Assembly: GCA_965248595.1 (NCBI GenBank)
Contig: CBDFJM010000005.1
Location: 66,400 to 130,399 of the forward strand
Length of the DNA stretch: 64,000 nucleotides
Direction of reading: 5' to 3'
From: Dehalococcoidia bacterium
Lineage (GTDB): Bacteria > Chloroflexota > Dehalococcoidia > Lucifugimonadales > SHYF01
Below are positions 18,686 through 27,439 of the stretch, piece after piece (position 1 is the stretch's first letter; each line of letters begins with the position of its first letter). Made by a program: the position numbers and the translations under genes. The notes below the pieces were generated by a model. It did no database searches. It saw nothing but the letters and a program-made list of their open reading frames with translations, and was not told where the DNA came from.

Positions 18686-19927
18686 ATGTTTGACCCAAAG
18701 CTCATCCGAAAAGACTTCCCCATTCTCTCCCGTGAGGTCAACGGGAACCCCCTGGTCTATCTGGACAACGCCGCCACCTCCCAAAAACCTCGGCAAGTTA
18801 TCCAGGCGCTGGTGGAGTGCTACGAGCAGTACAACTCCAATGTCCACCGTGGCGTCCACACCATGAGCATGGAGGCCACAGACAGGTACGAGTCGGCTCG
18901 CCAGAAGGTGGCGGACCTCATCCACGCTCCCTCAGTGGAGGGTGTGATATTTGTCCGGAACACCACCGAGGCTATCAACCTGGTAGCCAACACCTGGGCA
19001 ACGCAAAACCTGCGCCCAGGGGACGAGATGGTTGTCACGGAGATGGAGCACCACAGCAATCTGGTGCCGTGGCAGAAGGTAACCGCCGAGGCTGGCGCTA
19101 CCCTGCGCTTCCTGCCCGTGACTCCCGACGGCACCCTGGACCTCACAGCTCTGGACACTGTAATCAACGAGCGGACCAGGCTGGTATCGGTAGTCCACGT
19201 TTCCAACTTCCTGGGCACAATCAATCCGGTCAAGGCGATTGGCAGGCGTGCCCACCAGGTGGGGGCGCGTTTCATGGTGGATGGTGCCCAGAGTGTGCCG
19301 CACATGCCTGTGGACGTGACGGACATGGACTGCGACTTCTTAGCCTTCTCTGGCCACAAGATGATGGCCCCTCCTGGCATCGGTGTGCTATATGTGAAGC
19401 CGTCGGTGCTGGAGGATATGGACCCGTTCCTTCGCGGTGGCGAGATGGTGCGGGAGGTGTGGTATGACCATGCCACCTGGAACGATCTTCCAATGCGGTT
19501 CGAGGCGGGCACGCCCAACTTCGCCGATGCCATTGCCTTGGGCGTGGCGGTGGACTACATGCAGGCCTTGGGCATGGACAATGTACGGCGACACGAGATT
19601 GAGATTGCCGACTATGCGATGAAGGCGCTGGGAAAGGTGGAAGCGATAACCATATTGGGCCCTACGGACCCACGGCTCCGGGGTGGGTTGGTGGCTTTCA
19701 CCACGGATGTCCATCCCCACGACCTGGGAACGCTCCTGGACCAGGAGGGCATAGCCATTCGCACGGGGCATCACTGTGTCATGCCAATGCACACGAAGCT
19801 GGGGCTGGCGGCGACGGCCAGGGCCAGCTTCTACGTGTACAACACAAACGACGAGGTGGATATGCTGGTGCATGGCCTGAAGAAGGCCCTGGCCTATTTC
19901 GGCTCCAACGCTCGGCGGACCACGTAA
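18686..19927 (+). CDS. sufS: cysteine desulfurase SufS (class V aminotransferase)
   Basis: IRKDFPIL...YLDNAATSQKP...VHRGVH...FSGHKM (PLP lysine)...RTGHHC is a canonical group II cysteine desulfurase. Confidence 0.95.
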   Translation: MFDPKLIRKDFPILSREVNGNPLVYLDNAATSQKPRQVIQALVECYEQYNSNVHRGVHTMSMEATDRYESARQKVADLIHAPSVEGVIFVRNTTEAINLVANTWATQNLRPGDEMVVTEMEHHSNLVPWQKVTAEAGATLRFLPVTPDGTLDLTALDTVINERTRLVSVVHVSNFLGTINPVKAIGRRAHQVGARFMVDGAQSVPHMPVDVTDMDCDFLAFSGHKMMAPPGIGVLYVKPSVLEDMDPFLRGGEMVREVWYDHATWNDLPMRFEAGTPNFADAIALGVAVDYMQALGMDNVRRHEIEIADYAMKALGKVEAITILGPTDPRLRGGLVAFTTDVHPHDLGTLLDQEGIAIRTGHHCVMPMHTKLGLAATARASFYVYNTNDEVDMLVHGLKKALAYFGSNARRTT

Positions 19928-19943
19928 CTACCCCAGACGACGA

Positions 19944-20106
19944 TACCTGTGGCGGCCAACACCTCCTTCAGCTTGGCAACTATTGGCTTATGTGCCCCCA
20001 GATCCCACATCAAACGTGTGTGGTCTGTACCGGCGTCCCGGATGGAGCGCCGAAACCAGGCTTGGTCTTCGAACTCGGCCAGGCGGAGTGCTTTCATCAG
20101 ACCCAT
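19944..20106 (-). pseudogene. 5' remnant of a second methyltransferase paralogue (only about 54 N-terminal codons retained)
   Basis: LRLAEFEDQAWFRRSIRDAGTDHTRLMWDLGAHKPIVAKLKEVLAATG parallels the N-terminus of the upstream methyltransferase (FEFEDLDWFPKSIRDAGTDYLRLMW/EAGAYKPIVPRLRDALAKTG). Similarity stops before the SAM-binding GxGxG motif, 17 nt from the sufS stop. Confidence 0.6.
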
Positions 20107-20199
20107 GTTTCATTCCTCACGGAGAGCCTCCGTGCCCCCCCATTCGGGCGGCCCTATACATCGCCGGTCATCATGGCAAGGAACCTTTCCCCGCTTTAG

Positions 20200-21912
20200 C
20201 CCGAATCCACCGAAGGAGGGCGTCGGGTCAGTGTCCTGAAGCGGCAAGAGGGTGCTCCTGTGAATCTGGGATAATGGTTTTGAAACAGCAAAGCCGACCC
20301 CAGAACAAGGAGCACCCAATAGATGCTACCACGCAACCATCCCGATCGCATCCAAATCGCGTTTGACGACCACCGCCTCGTGGCCAATGCTGGGCTGCTG
20401 CTCCCGGTGACCCTAGCCCAGCACCTGGGCCTGCGTGAAGTCGTCGACAGCCACGTCGACCTGGGAGACGCGCCGGGGCGGGCGAACCCGGGAGACAAGC
20501 TGCTGAGCCTGGTGGCCTCGGCGCTGGCTGGGGGCGACTTCATTGACGACGCCGACGTGTTGCGTACCGGCGGGACAGCTGGCGCCATCGGCTGCGTAGT
20601 CAAGGCGCCATCCACCCTGGGAACTTTCCTGCGCAGCTTCCGGTGGGGCCACGTCCGCCAGTTGGATCGGGTGAGCCGGGAGCTGCTGTCCCGGGCCTGG
20701 GCCGCTGGTGCGGGACCCGGTGAAGGGCCGTTGACCATCGACCTAGACTCCACCATGTGCGAGACCTACGGACTGGCCAAGGAGGGGGCGCGTCACCATG
20801 GTTACACTGGCCAGCGGGGCTATCACCCGCTGCTGGCCATCGCCGCCGGCACCGGCGACGTGCTGATGTCTCGGCTTCGCGAGGGCCGGGCCAACACCGT
20901 TCGTGGCGCCGCCCACTTCCTGCGGGAGACCGTGGGCCGGGTGCGCCATGCTGGGGCTACAGGACAACTCACGGTGCGGGCCGACAGCGGCTTCTATGCC
21001 CACGCCCTGGTCGTCGTCTGCCGCGAGATGGATGTCCGCTTCTCCATCACCATCCGCCAACACGCCCGCCTCAGGGAGTTGATTGAGGCGATTCCCGAGG
21101 AGGACTGGACGCCCGTCCCCTACTGGATGGACGGCGGCGCCGACGTGGCCGAGACCACCTACACTCCCTTCCAGGGTGAGCCCGAAGCCGCCCCAGTGCG
21201 GCTCATCGTGCGGCGGGTGAAGCCCACGCCCGGTTCCCAACTGGCCCTCTTCGCCAGCTACAGCTATCACGGCTTCATCACCGACCGGGACGGGGAAACC
21301 TTGGAACTGGAGGCCGACCATCGCCGCCACGCCGAGATCGAGAATGCCATCCGAGACCTCAAACACGGCGTCGGCCTCAATCATTTCCCCTCGGGCCGCT
21401 TCCCCGCCAACGGCGCCTGGCTGGCCGTTCAGGTGCTGGCCCATAACCTGGCCCGCTGGACTGCGCGCATCGGTCTGGGCGAGGGGGTGGTGACCACCAG
21501 GACCCTCCGGCGGCGCTTCTTCTCCCTGGCCGGACGGCTCACCCGCTCGGCCCGCCGCCTCACTTTGCATCTGCCACAGGGCTGGCCTTGGGAAACCCAG
21601 TTCACTCGCGCCCTGGCTCGATTGCGAGCCCTGCCATTGCCTGCCTGACGGCACCGACGGCGCCTGACACGTCCACCAGACTACTCAACCACCCCACAGA
21701 GTCGCACCGGCCCGGTCCGCGATTGTCTTCCCTTGCATGCTGTCCCGCCGACCCCGCCCCAGCGCCGCTGCCCAGGACCGCCATCGGCGCCACCAACTCC
21801 AACCAAAGGCCGCCACCGGCCCCATTTATCGGAATCGAGCGCGGACCGTCGCGTCCCACGGCCCTCACCCCTTGTTCCAACCCCAAGGCCGCTCCGCATC
21901 GGTGGATTCGGG
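20200..21912 (+). mobile_element. IS1380-family insertion sequence, apparently intact, with 5-bp target-site duplication TTTAG
   Basis: Terminal inverted repeats CCCGAATCCACCGA (20200..20213) and TCGGTGGATTCGGG (21899..21912). Flanking direct repeats TTTAG at 20195..20199 and 21913..21917. One transposase ORF. By eye, clearly more GC-rich than the flanks. Confidence 0.85.
20323..21648 (+). CDS. IS1380-family DDE transposase
   Basis: 441 aa. IAFDDHRLVANAGLLL..., TIDLDST, YHPLL..., and ADHRRHAEIENAIRDLK with a C-terminal ...RLTLHLPQGWPW are typical of IS1380 transposases. Confidence 0.85.
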   Translation: MLPRNHPDRIQIAFDDHRLVANAGLLLPVTLAQHLGLREVVDSHVDLGDAPGRANPGDKLLSLVASALAGGDFIDDADVLRTGGTAGAIGCVVKAPSTLGTFLRSFRWGHVRQLDRVSRELLSRAWAAGAGPGEGPLTIDLDSTMCETYGLAKEGARHHGYTGQRGYHPLLAIAAGTGDVLMSRLREGRANTVRGAAHFLRETVGRVRHAGATGQLTVRADSGFYAHALVVVCREMDVRFSITIRQHARLRELIEAIPEEDWTPVPYWMDGGADVAETTYTPFQGEPEAAPVRLIVRRVKPTPGSQLALFASYSYHGFITDRDGETLELEADHRRHAEIENAIRDLKHGVGLNHFPSGRFPANGAWLAVQVLAHNLARWTARIGLGEGVVTTRTLRRRFFSLAGRLTRSARRLTLHLPQGWPWETQFTRALARLRALPLPA

Positions 21913-22682
21913 TTTAGGAGCAGGATAGCCGATAAGATAGGTGATGGAGCGAGGGAAACGCTCGCTTCCCATCTCCCAAACGTAGTCGTTGGCGGGCAAG
22001 CTCGCCACTATCTCCCGGAGCTCGCGCAGGGAGTACAGCCGAAGACCCGATACCAACCCATCCCATGCCACGAACAACGGAACCATGGGGATGAGGTAGG
22101 TCCAGAGCAACTGGCTCCAGTGGAAGGGCCGCACGAAGGGCGCTACCAGCAGATGGCTCAGCGGGTTGCCCAGGAGCAGGAATGACTTGGGGGGAGGAGT
22201 CATCGCCGTCATGTCGAAAACTCCGATGGGGCAATGCTGGTCCACAGCATCCTGGAGGATGCGGCGGACCAGCTCAGGCCGGAAGTGGTGCAACGAGGCA
22301 AACATAGTCCTGAAGCCGGCAAGATGAGACGGAACGGCCGTGGCATCCACCGGCTCCTCCACATAGTCGACTCCGCCGTCAGTGCGCCCACGGGCGTAAT
22401 TGAACGCGGCCAGGTTGGGGAATTTGTCGCTGAGAGTCATGCGGACGCGGATGCCTGATTTGACTAGCTCTTCGTATATGGCAACAACGGGACCGCCTCC
22501 TCCAGAGCCAAGGTCTAGGACCTCGCTGCTACCTGTTTTTGCCAGGGCATCGCGGAGCCTTGGGACGATGGGCTTGTAGGCCCCGGCCTCCACATGAGGC
22601 GGAGGTAATCCGTCCCCGCATCGCGGATAGACTTCGGGAACCAGTCCAGGTCTTCAAACTCAAAGAGGTGTATTCTTGCCAT
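21865..22682 (-). pseudogene. class I SAM-dependent methyltransferase, frameshifted near 22588-22592 and with its 3' end displaced by the IS1380 insertion
   Basis: Main ORF 21865..22593 carries VLDLGSGGGGP. The true N-terminus MARIHLFEFEDLDWFPKSIRDAGTDYLRLMW starts at ATG 22682 in another frame. The last residues (PESTDAERPWGWNKG) are read from the IS end. The original tail AGKGSLP* lies at 20171..20194. Confidence 0.7.
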
Positions 22683-22713
22683 TGAAAATTCCCCTCAGCC
22701 GCCGATTCTGATT

Positions 22714-22918
22714 GATCCCGGTAAACTAAACGTGTACCGTGGCATCCTGCCGCGTCCCCCGCACCAGCAGTGGCGTTTCCCGTTGCCACCACGGCGGGGA
22801 CGCCGTACTCCCTGGCGATGATGGCAGAGTGGGAGAGGACGCCGACGGTGTCAGTGACCAGGACACCAATGCTAGGTATATCAACGAACACCTCATGGGT
22901 CTTAAGCGCCGTGTTCAC
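22714..22918 (-). pseudogene. fragment resembling the PEP-utilising-enzyme mobile (phosphohistidine) domain
   Basis: IGVLVTDTVGVLSHSAIIAREYGVPAVVATGNAT matches the swivelling-domain motif G.vtd.GG..SHaAI.ARE.GIPaV.G. No upstream ATP-grasp/PPDK_N part is present, and the ORF runs on out of frame into the methyltransferase gene. Confidence 0.4.
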
Positions 22919-23921
22919 CGAGGAAGGCGTAGTAGGAGATGAAGGGTATCAATCTCTTGCTGCGTACATCGACAAACCCGGCAGCCTTGAGCTTACCAAG
23001 CAGCCCGTTGACTTCTGGGAGCACCCCCATGCCTTCCGTCATCGCGCACTCCAAGTCTAGGGCCAGCATGCCAGGGTCTCCACCCTGGCATGCTGTGGTA
23101 ATCAGCAGGCGACCGCCGGACTTCAGCAGACCACCCAGCCTCTGGAGCAGGTCGACACGTGCGTCAACCGGAAAGTAGTAGATGTTGTTGTGCAGGGTGA
23201 TGATGTCGAACTGCTCGCTGCTTTGGTAATCCAGGACTGAGCGCGCTTCGACACTCACTCGATGCTCCAGTCCCCAGTCTCTAATATTCCGCTGTGCCAT
23301 CTCTGCGACCTCGGCGTCAAGCTCCAGACCCAGCGCAGTAAGCGTGGGGTTAAGCTGACACGCCAGACGAATGTATATACCACTGCCGCACCCTATCTCC
23401 AGAAGACGGACATCCCTCTCCCTCGGCACGGCCTCTTCCACCGCCTCCGAAACGAACGGTTCCAGAGTACGCGATCCTCTGGCGATCAGTGGTGCATCAA
23501 TCATTGCAAAGGGGAAGAGACGGCCTTCACGCAGTATCTCCGGGGTCCGCCTTACGTACTGATACTGAAGCCCTACTATCTCTTGAAGAAGCGCAAGGAT
23601 TGCGTCGTTGGCGGGAGACTGCAACTGCCGCGACAGTCGGCCCGCAATACGATATCCATGGCCGTCGCGAGCGAGCTCCCCAATGCTCACACCCAGGTCA
23701 AGCCAGATCCTCAGTCCTTCGTGGTTTTCCTTGATGCCGAGAGCGACGGCGATCGATTCTATGCTGGCGGCACCATCTCCAATGGCTTGGTAGACCCCCT
23801 GCTCGTAAGCGGTGGTTACGAAGGATAGGCGATAGAAGACACGGGCATCGCGCATGATGCCCATGAGCAGCCTAGCCTGTGGCCAGCTAGAAAGGAGTGT
23901 CCGCAGAGTCTTGAGCTTCAT
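22902..23921 (-). CDS. O-methyltransferase-like class I SAM-dependent methyltransferase with N-terminal winged-helix/dimerisation region
   Basis: 339 aa with LLEIGCGSGIY (motif I), LGLELD and ITLHNNIYYF. The N-terminal 150 aa resemble the dimerisation/HTH region of small-molecule OMTs. Confidence 0.7.
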   Translation of the reverse strand: MKLKTLRTLLSSWPQARLLMGIMRDARVFYRLSFVTTAYEQGVYQAIGDGAASIESIAVALGIKENHEGLRIWLDLGVSIGELARDGHGYRIAGRLSRQLQSPANDAILALLQEIVGLQYQYVRRTPEILREGRLFPFAMIDAPLIARGSRTLEPFVSEAVEEAVPRERDVRLLEIGCGSGIYIRLACQLNPTLTALGLELDAEVAEMAQRNIRDWGLEHRVSVEARSVLDYQSSEQFDIITLHNNIYYFPVDARVDLLQRLGGLLKSGGRLLITTACQGGDPGMLALDLECAMTEGMGVLPEVNGLLGKLKAAGFVDVRSKRLIPFISYYAFLGEHGA

Positions 23922-23953
23922 AGTTCTTGTTCGTAATTCTAGCCATTATGATC

Positions 23954-24298
23954 CTACCACACGCGTTCCACGCGCCAGCAGCCCGCCCTTCTGACTCCTA
24001 GTGCCGCGACCAGCAGCGCCAGCACAGGCCCGATAATGGTCCAGGAGAAACATATGCCGAATATCGTGGCTCCCCCGACCTGGCACGCGGCGCCGAGTCC
24101 GGGCTTGCGCCTGCCCAGCCAGAGGCTTGTTATGACCAAAGGGCCCGCTAAGAAGACCAGCGTGCCAATAGAATATCTCGCGATATCCCCACCTATATCA
24201 AGTTGCTCCAGCCCCAGAAGGATCAGCACGCCACCCGCCATACTCAGGGCAGCCAGCAGCAGTGCGGCCCCCACAAAAACCAAAGATGAATAGTTCAC
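23954..24298 (-). CDS. small integral membrane protein, function unknown
   Basis: 114 aa made of three or four strongly hydrophobic segments. No recognisable motif. Confidence 0.5.
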   Translation of the reverse strand: MNYSSLVFVGAALLLAALSMAGGVLILLGLEQLDIGGDIARYSIGTLVFLAGPLVITSLWLGRRKPGLGAACQVGGATIFGICFSWTIIGPVLALLVAALGVRRAGCWRVERVW

Positions 24299-24354
24299 GG
24301 TAGCTTCCTTTCATTCCTTCCATTCATATGCCACGCGCCCTTGCGCGCCACCGG

Positions 24355-24777
24355 CTACTTGGCGATGACCAAGGCACCAGGTGCCAGGTCGGTCTTGATA
24401 ATCACGAGGTTGTGTCCCGACTCGCCCTTGTTCGTCGTCTGGAACGTGATAGAGCCTGCGGTTAGGGACGAGACCTGGGGCCTGACGAACCATTCGCCCA
24501 GTTCAACGCTGACAGTCGTAGGCGAGGGGCTATCTGTCTGGATAACCTGCAATGGGGCGTACATTCCCCCATCGTAATGCCCGGAAATGTTACAGATGAG
24601 CACGTAGCTACCAGGCGAGAGGTCAAATGTGGCGCTGGCCAACCGGCCGGGGCCCAGGTCTCGCTCTTCGATCTTGCCAACCAAAGTGCCTGTGGCCGTC
24701 TCGTCTACATAACTACCGCCGCAGGCAGCCAGAAGCAAAGTCAGGGCCATAATTGAGGCAATTATCAGATTCTTCAT
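24355..24777 (-). CDS. cupredoxin-like lipoprotein with reversed order of copper-site segments
   Basis: Lipobox LLLAAC-GG. The Cys-x4-His-x4-Met segment (CNISGHYDGGM) precedes the upstream-His strand segment (ITFQTTNKGESGHNLVI). AAGGAG lies upstream. Confidence 0.6.
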   Translation of the reverse strand: MKNLIIASIMALTLLLAACGGSYVDETATGTLVGKIEERDLGPGRLASATFDLSPGSYVLICNISGHYDGGMYAPLQVIQTDSPSPTTVSVELGEWFVRPQVSSLTAGSITFQTTNKGESGHNLVIIKTDLAPGALVIAK

Positions 24778-24831
24778 GGTTTACTCCTTCACCAAGCTTA
24801 TGTTCCGGAAGGCCGGAGAGAAATCTGTTCT

Positions 24832-25227
24832 CTACCAACTACCCAAACTCCGTCGGCGTGTAGCAATGCCTGGACGATCCAATCCGGCACGTCGTCGGAG
24901 CAGGGTCACAAGTACCACGACAAGGACAACCTCGATGGCCTTGTCCACATACGCTAGGGGGCTATGGATGCCAGCCGCCGCCCATAGAACGAGAAGCAAG
25001 ATCACATAGCCGGCACCGATTCGCAGCCACAAGCGTGGCATTACGCCCATTGCGATCAGTACCACACCGACGAAATAGGGAACGGCCATGCCGATAAAAG
25101 GAATTGCGATCTCTACGTTTCCGTTTAACAGGCCGTCAACGCCAATATACCCGTGAATCGCACCTGTTGTGGCGGCCAACACCAAAGCCAGGCCAAGCAT
25201 TCCCCTAAAGGACCTCGATCTATTCAT
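24832..25227 (-). CDS. small integral membrane protein, function unknown
   Basis: 131 aa, four hydrophobic segments. Shares an identical 17-nt initiation region (AAGGAGTAAACCATGAA) with the cupredoxin gene. Confidence 0.5.
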   Translation of the reverse strand: MNRSRSFRGMLGLALVLAATTGAIHGYIGVDGLLNGNVEIAIPFIGMAVPYFVGVVLIAMGVMPRLWLRIGAGYVILLLVLWAAAGIHSPLAYVDKAIEVVLVVVLVTLLRRRAGLDRPGIATRRRSLGSW

Positions 25228-25400
25228 GGTTTACTCCTTTTGTTGTTCCTTCAGTTCTCTAATCCGGCCTTGGACCAAGGCACTAGCCCGGGAGCGTACT
25301 TGTATTCCTAGGGCCTGTCCCACTCCTTAATGGCTGGCGCTTGCAGTCTCACACAATGCCGCCATTGTGACATGGGGCCACCACCCCAACGCCGGTAAGC

Positions 25401-25437
25401 AAATAGGCCCACGGGCCGGTTGGGCCCATGGGCCTAT
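25401..25437 (-). terminator. hairpin downstream of the response-regulator gene
   Basis: AATAGGCCCAcGGGCC ggtt GGGCCCAtGGGCCTATT is a 16-bp stem. The single mismatch becomes a G-U pair in the minus-strand transcript. Followed on the minus strand by ATTTGCTT. Confidence 0.5.
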
Positions 25438-25505
25438 TACTACTACTGCCGCAGCTATTTACACTTGGACCGATAAGCCGTACTTGTACGGCGCCTTAGC
25501 TGCGT

Positions 25506-26093
25506 TCACTCGGGCGACATAGAGACAAGCCCTTTCCTCAGGGCTAACAGGACGGCTTGGGTCCTGTCATTCACCTGGAGCTTCGAGAAGATGTTGGCGA
25601 CGTGGTTCTTCACTGTCTTTTCGCTGATTACCAGCTTCCCGGCTATCTCCTTATTGCTAAGACCGTCGGCGGCCAGTTGAAGCACCTGAAGCTCCCTAGT
25701 CGTAAGCTCTTCGTAGAGCAGCCCCGGTTGCTGGCGTCGAGGGTCTGTACCAAAGTGCTCCATTACCTTCTTGGCGATGATTGGGCACAGGATGACTTCC
25801 CCACGATAGGCCGCCTCTATGGCCCTTCGCAACTCTTCCGGCTCAGCCTCTTTGAGCACATACCCACGGGCACCTGCCCGCATCCCGGAGAACACCGACT
25901 CATAGTCGTCGAACATAGTGACCAGGATGACGCCAATATGGGGATTTGCCTGGAGGATGTGGCCCGTCGCCTCAATGTCATTTAGCACCGGCATCTTGAT
26001 GTCCATCAGTATGACGCCTGGGACCAGCTCTCTGGCCTGATTCACAGCTTCCTCACCGCTGGCCGCCTCTCCCACCACCTCAAAGCCTTGCAT
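25506..26093 (-). CDS. NarL/LuxR-family response regulator; receiver N-terminus lies upstream of the first ATG, behind an in-frame TGA
   Basis: Receiver residues VILMDIKMP (acceptor Asp), LVTMF and GYVLKEA, plus a C-terminal LuxR HTH (LTTRELQVLQLAADGLSNKEIAGKLVISEKTVKNHV). The beta1/acidic pocket RNLVLLADDHTLFRKGIRNLLEQ is encoded in frame at 26163..26094. Confidence 0.8.
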   Translation of the reverse strand: MQGFEVVGEAASGEEAVNQARELVPGVILMDIKMPVLNDIEATGHILQANPHIGVILVTMFDDYESVFSGMRAGARGYVLKEAEPEELRRAIEAAYRGEVILCPIIAKKVMEHFGTDPRRQQPGLLYEELTTRELQVLQLAADGLSNKEIAGKLVISEKTVKNHVANIFSKLQVNDRTQAVLLALRKGLVSMSPE

Positions 26094-26187
26094 CTGCTCC
26101 AGCAGGTTGCGTATGCCTTTACGAAAGAGGGTGTGATCATCCGCTAACAGAACGAGGTTACGTCAATAGGTGTGTCCGCCTGACTGG

Positions 26188-27439
26188 TTACACACTTTTT
26201 GAAGATACCTCAACAGAACTTGAATAGGCTCCAACTTCCACCTCCACGGAAGGGATGTACATGATTACCTGGCAACCACTTCCGGGACTGGTTTGTACCG
26301 AGAATGCCCCACCCAGAAGTTCCGCCCTTTCCTGCATATTTACGAGACCGTGGCCACTTTCTACGGTGCCAGAGTTAGCCTTGCGGCGGTCAAAGCCCCT
26401 TCCATCGTCCTTAATCCTCAGCTCCACGCCAGCATCCACGACCTGGAGGCTTACGTTCACCTGGTTCGCCATTGCGTGCTTCTGGATGTTGGTCAGACAC
26501 TCTTGGACTACTCGAAACACGGTGACCTCGGTAAGGGTAGCCAGAGCAACGTCTCCCGCCATGTCGAAGGAGACCTGTATCCCAGTTTGCTGGCTAAACC
26601 GTTCTACCTGCTGTTTGATGGCCCCTGTAAAACCTAGCTGGTCCAAGGCCATGGGTCTTAGATCATAGATGAGCTCCCGAATGTCCTGTATGTGCCCTTT
26701 CAGGCCATTGGCGATCTCCCCTAACTGCGCTTCACACCGTTCTGGATCAGTACGTATGATGTACTGGCACGTCCTGAGGTTGTTGCCGATTGAGGCAAGA
26801 GAGGGACCCAGGCCATCGTGTAGCTCCCTGGAAATGCGGCGGCGCTCCTCTTCTTGCGCCAGGGTTACATGGGTGAATCGCTCTTGCATCGCACGGACGC
26901 GCTCCTCGGCCAAGATTGCCTCTTGGAGCTTTGACAGATCCTCTGCCGTCTCGTTGATGCTATCGGCCAACTCTCCCAACTCATCCTCATTTTCTACTTT
27001 CACACTCTCCGAGAAATCTCCAGCGGCCATCCTTTGCATGCCGCGTCTCATTACGTGCACTGGGTCTATCACCAACCAGGCCATCGCCGCGCCTATGGTC
27101 ACGGCAGCAAGGACGCCGAGCACATCTAGGAAGGGTATTAGCTCGAAAAAGAAGCTATGATTGGTGTCTTCCAGCTCGTTTACTGCTCGAAAGACCGCAT
27201 GAGGCTGGGATGGCCCCAACTCCTGGATGTCGTGAAGCTCGTCGTGCATGAAATTCATTGCTTGCACGTGGATGAGAGTGACGATAAGGAACAGTCCGGC
27301 TATTACGGTGATGGCTACCGCTAGCTTCCATCGTATGCTGTAGCCAAGGCGGGCGATTGTCCGAGATAGGGGCTTGGTGGAGTACCGTAGGACCACGTAA
27401 ATAAGCCCCAGCAGGAGAATTACAGCCACTGGTCCGAAG
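26188..27439 (-). pseudogene. HisKA_3-type sensor histidine kinase (NarX/DegS-like), 5' end severed by IS256 insertion
   Basis: HAMP-like region, H-box RISRELHDGLGPSL and HATPase_c (DDGRGF...GHGLVNMQERA). The first approximately 25 codons of track ORF 26188..27516 are read-through from the IS256 end. Confidence 0.8.

Noticed and set aside
20196-21654. Two long minus-strand ORFs (186 and 303 aa) inside the IS1380 element
   Set aside because: They are by-products of the very GC-rich transposase gene on the plus strand. They have no motifs and a Gly/Ala/Pro/Arg-biased composition.
26164-26166. In-frame TGA in the response regulator as selenocysteine or programmed read-through
   Set aside because: TGA is used as an ordinary stop elsewhere in the window (e.g. 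sufD). No SECIS-like hairpin follows it. The position is in a non-conserved N-terminal extension. A nonsense mutation is the simpler explanation.
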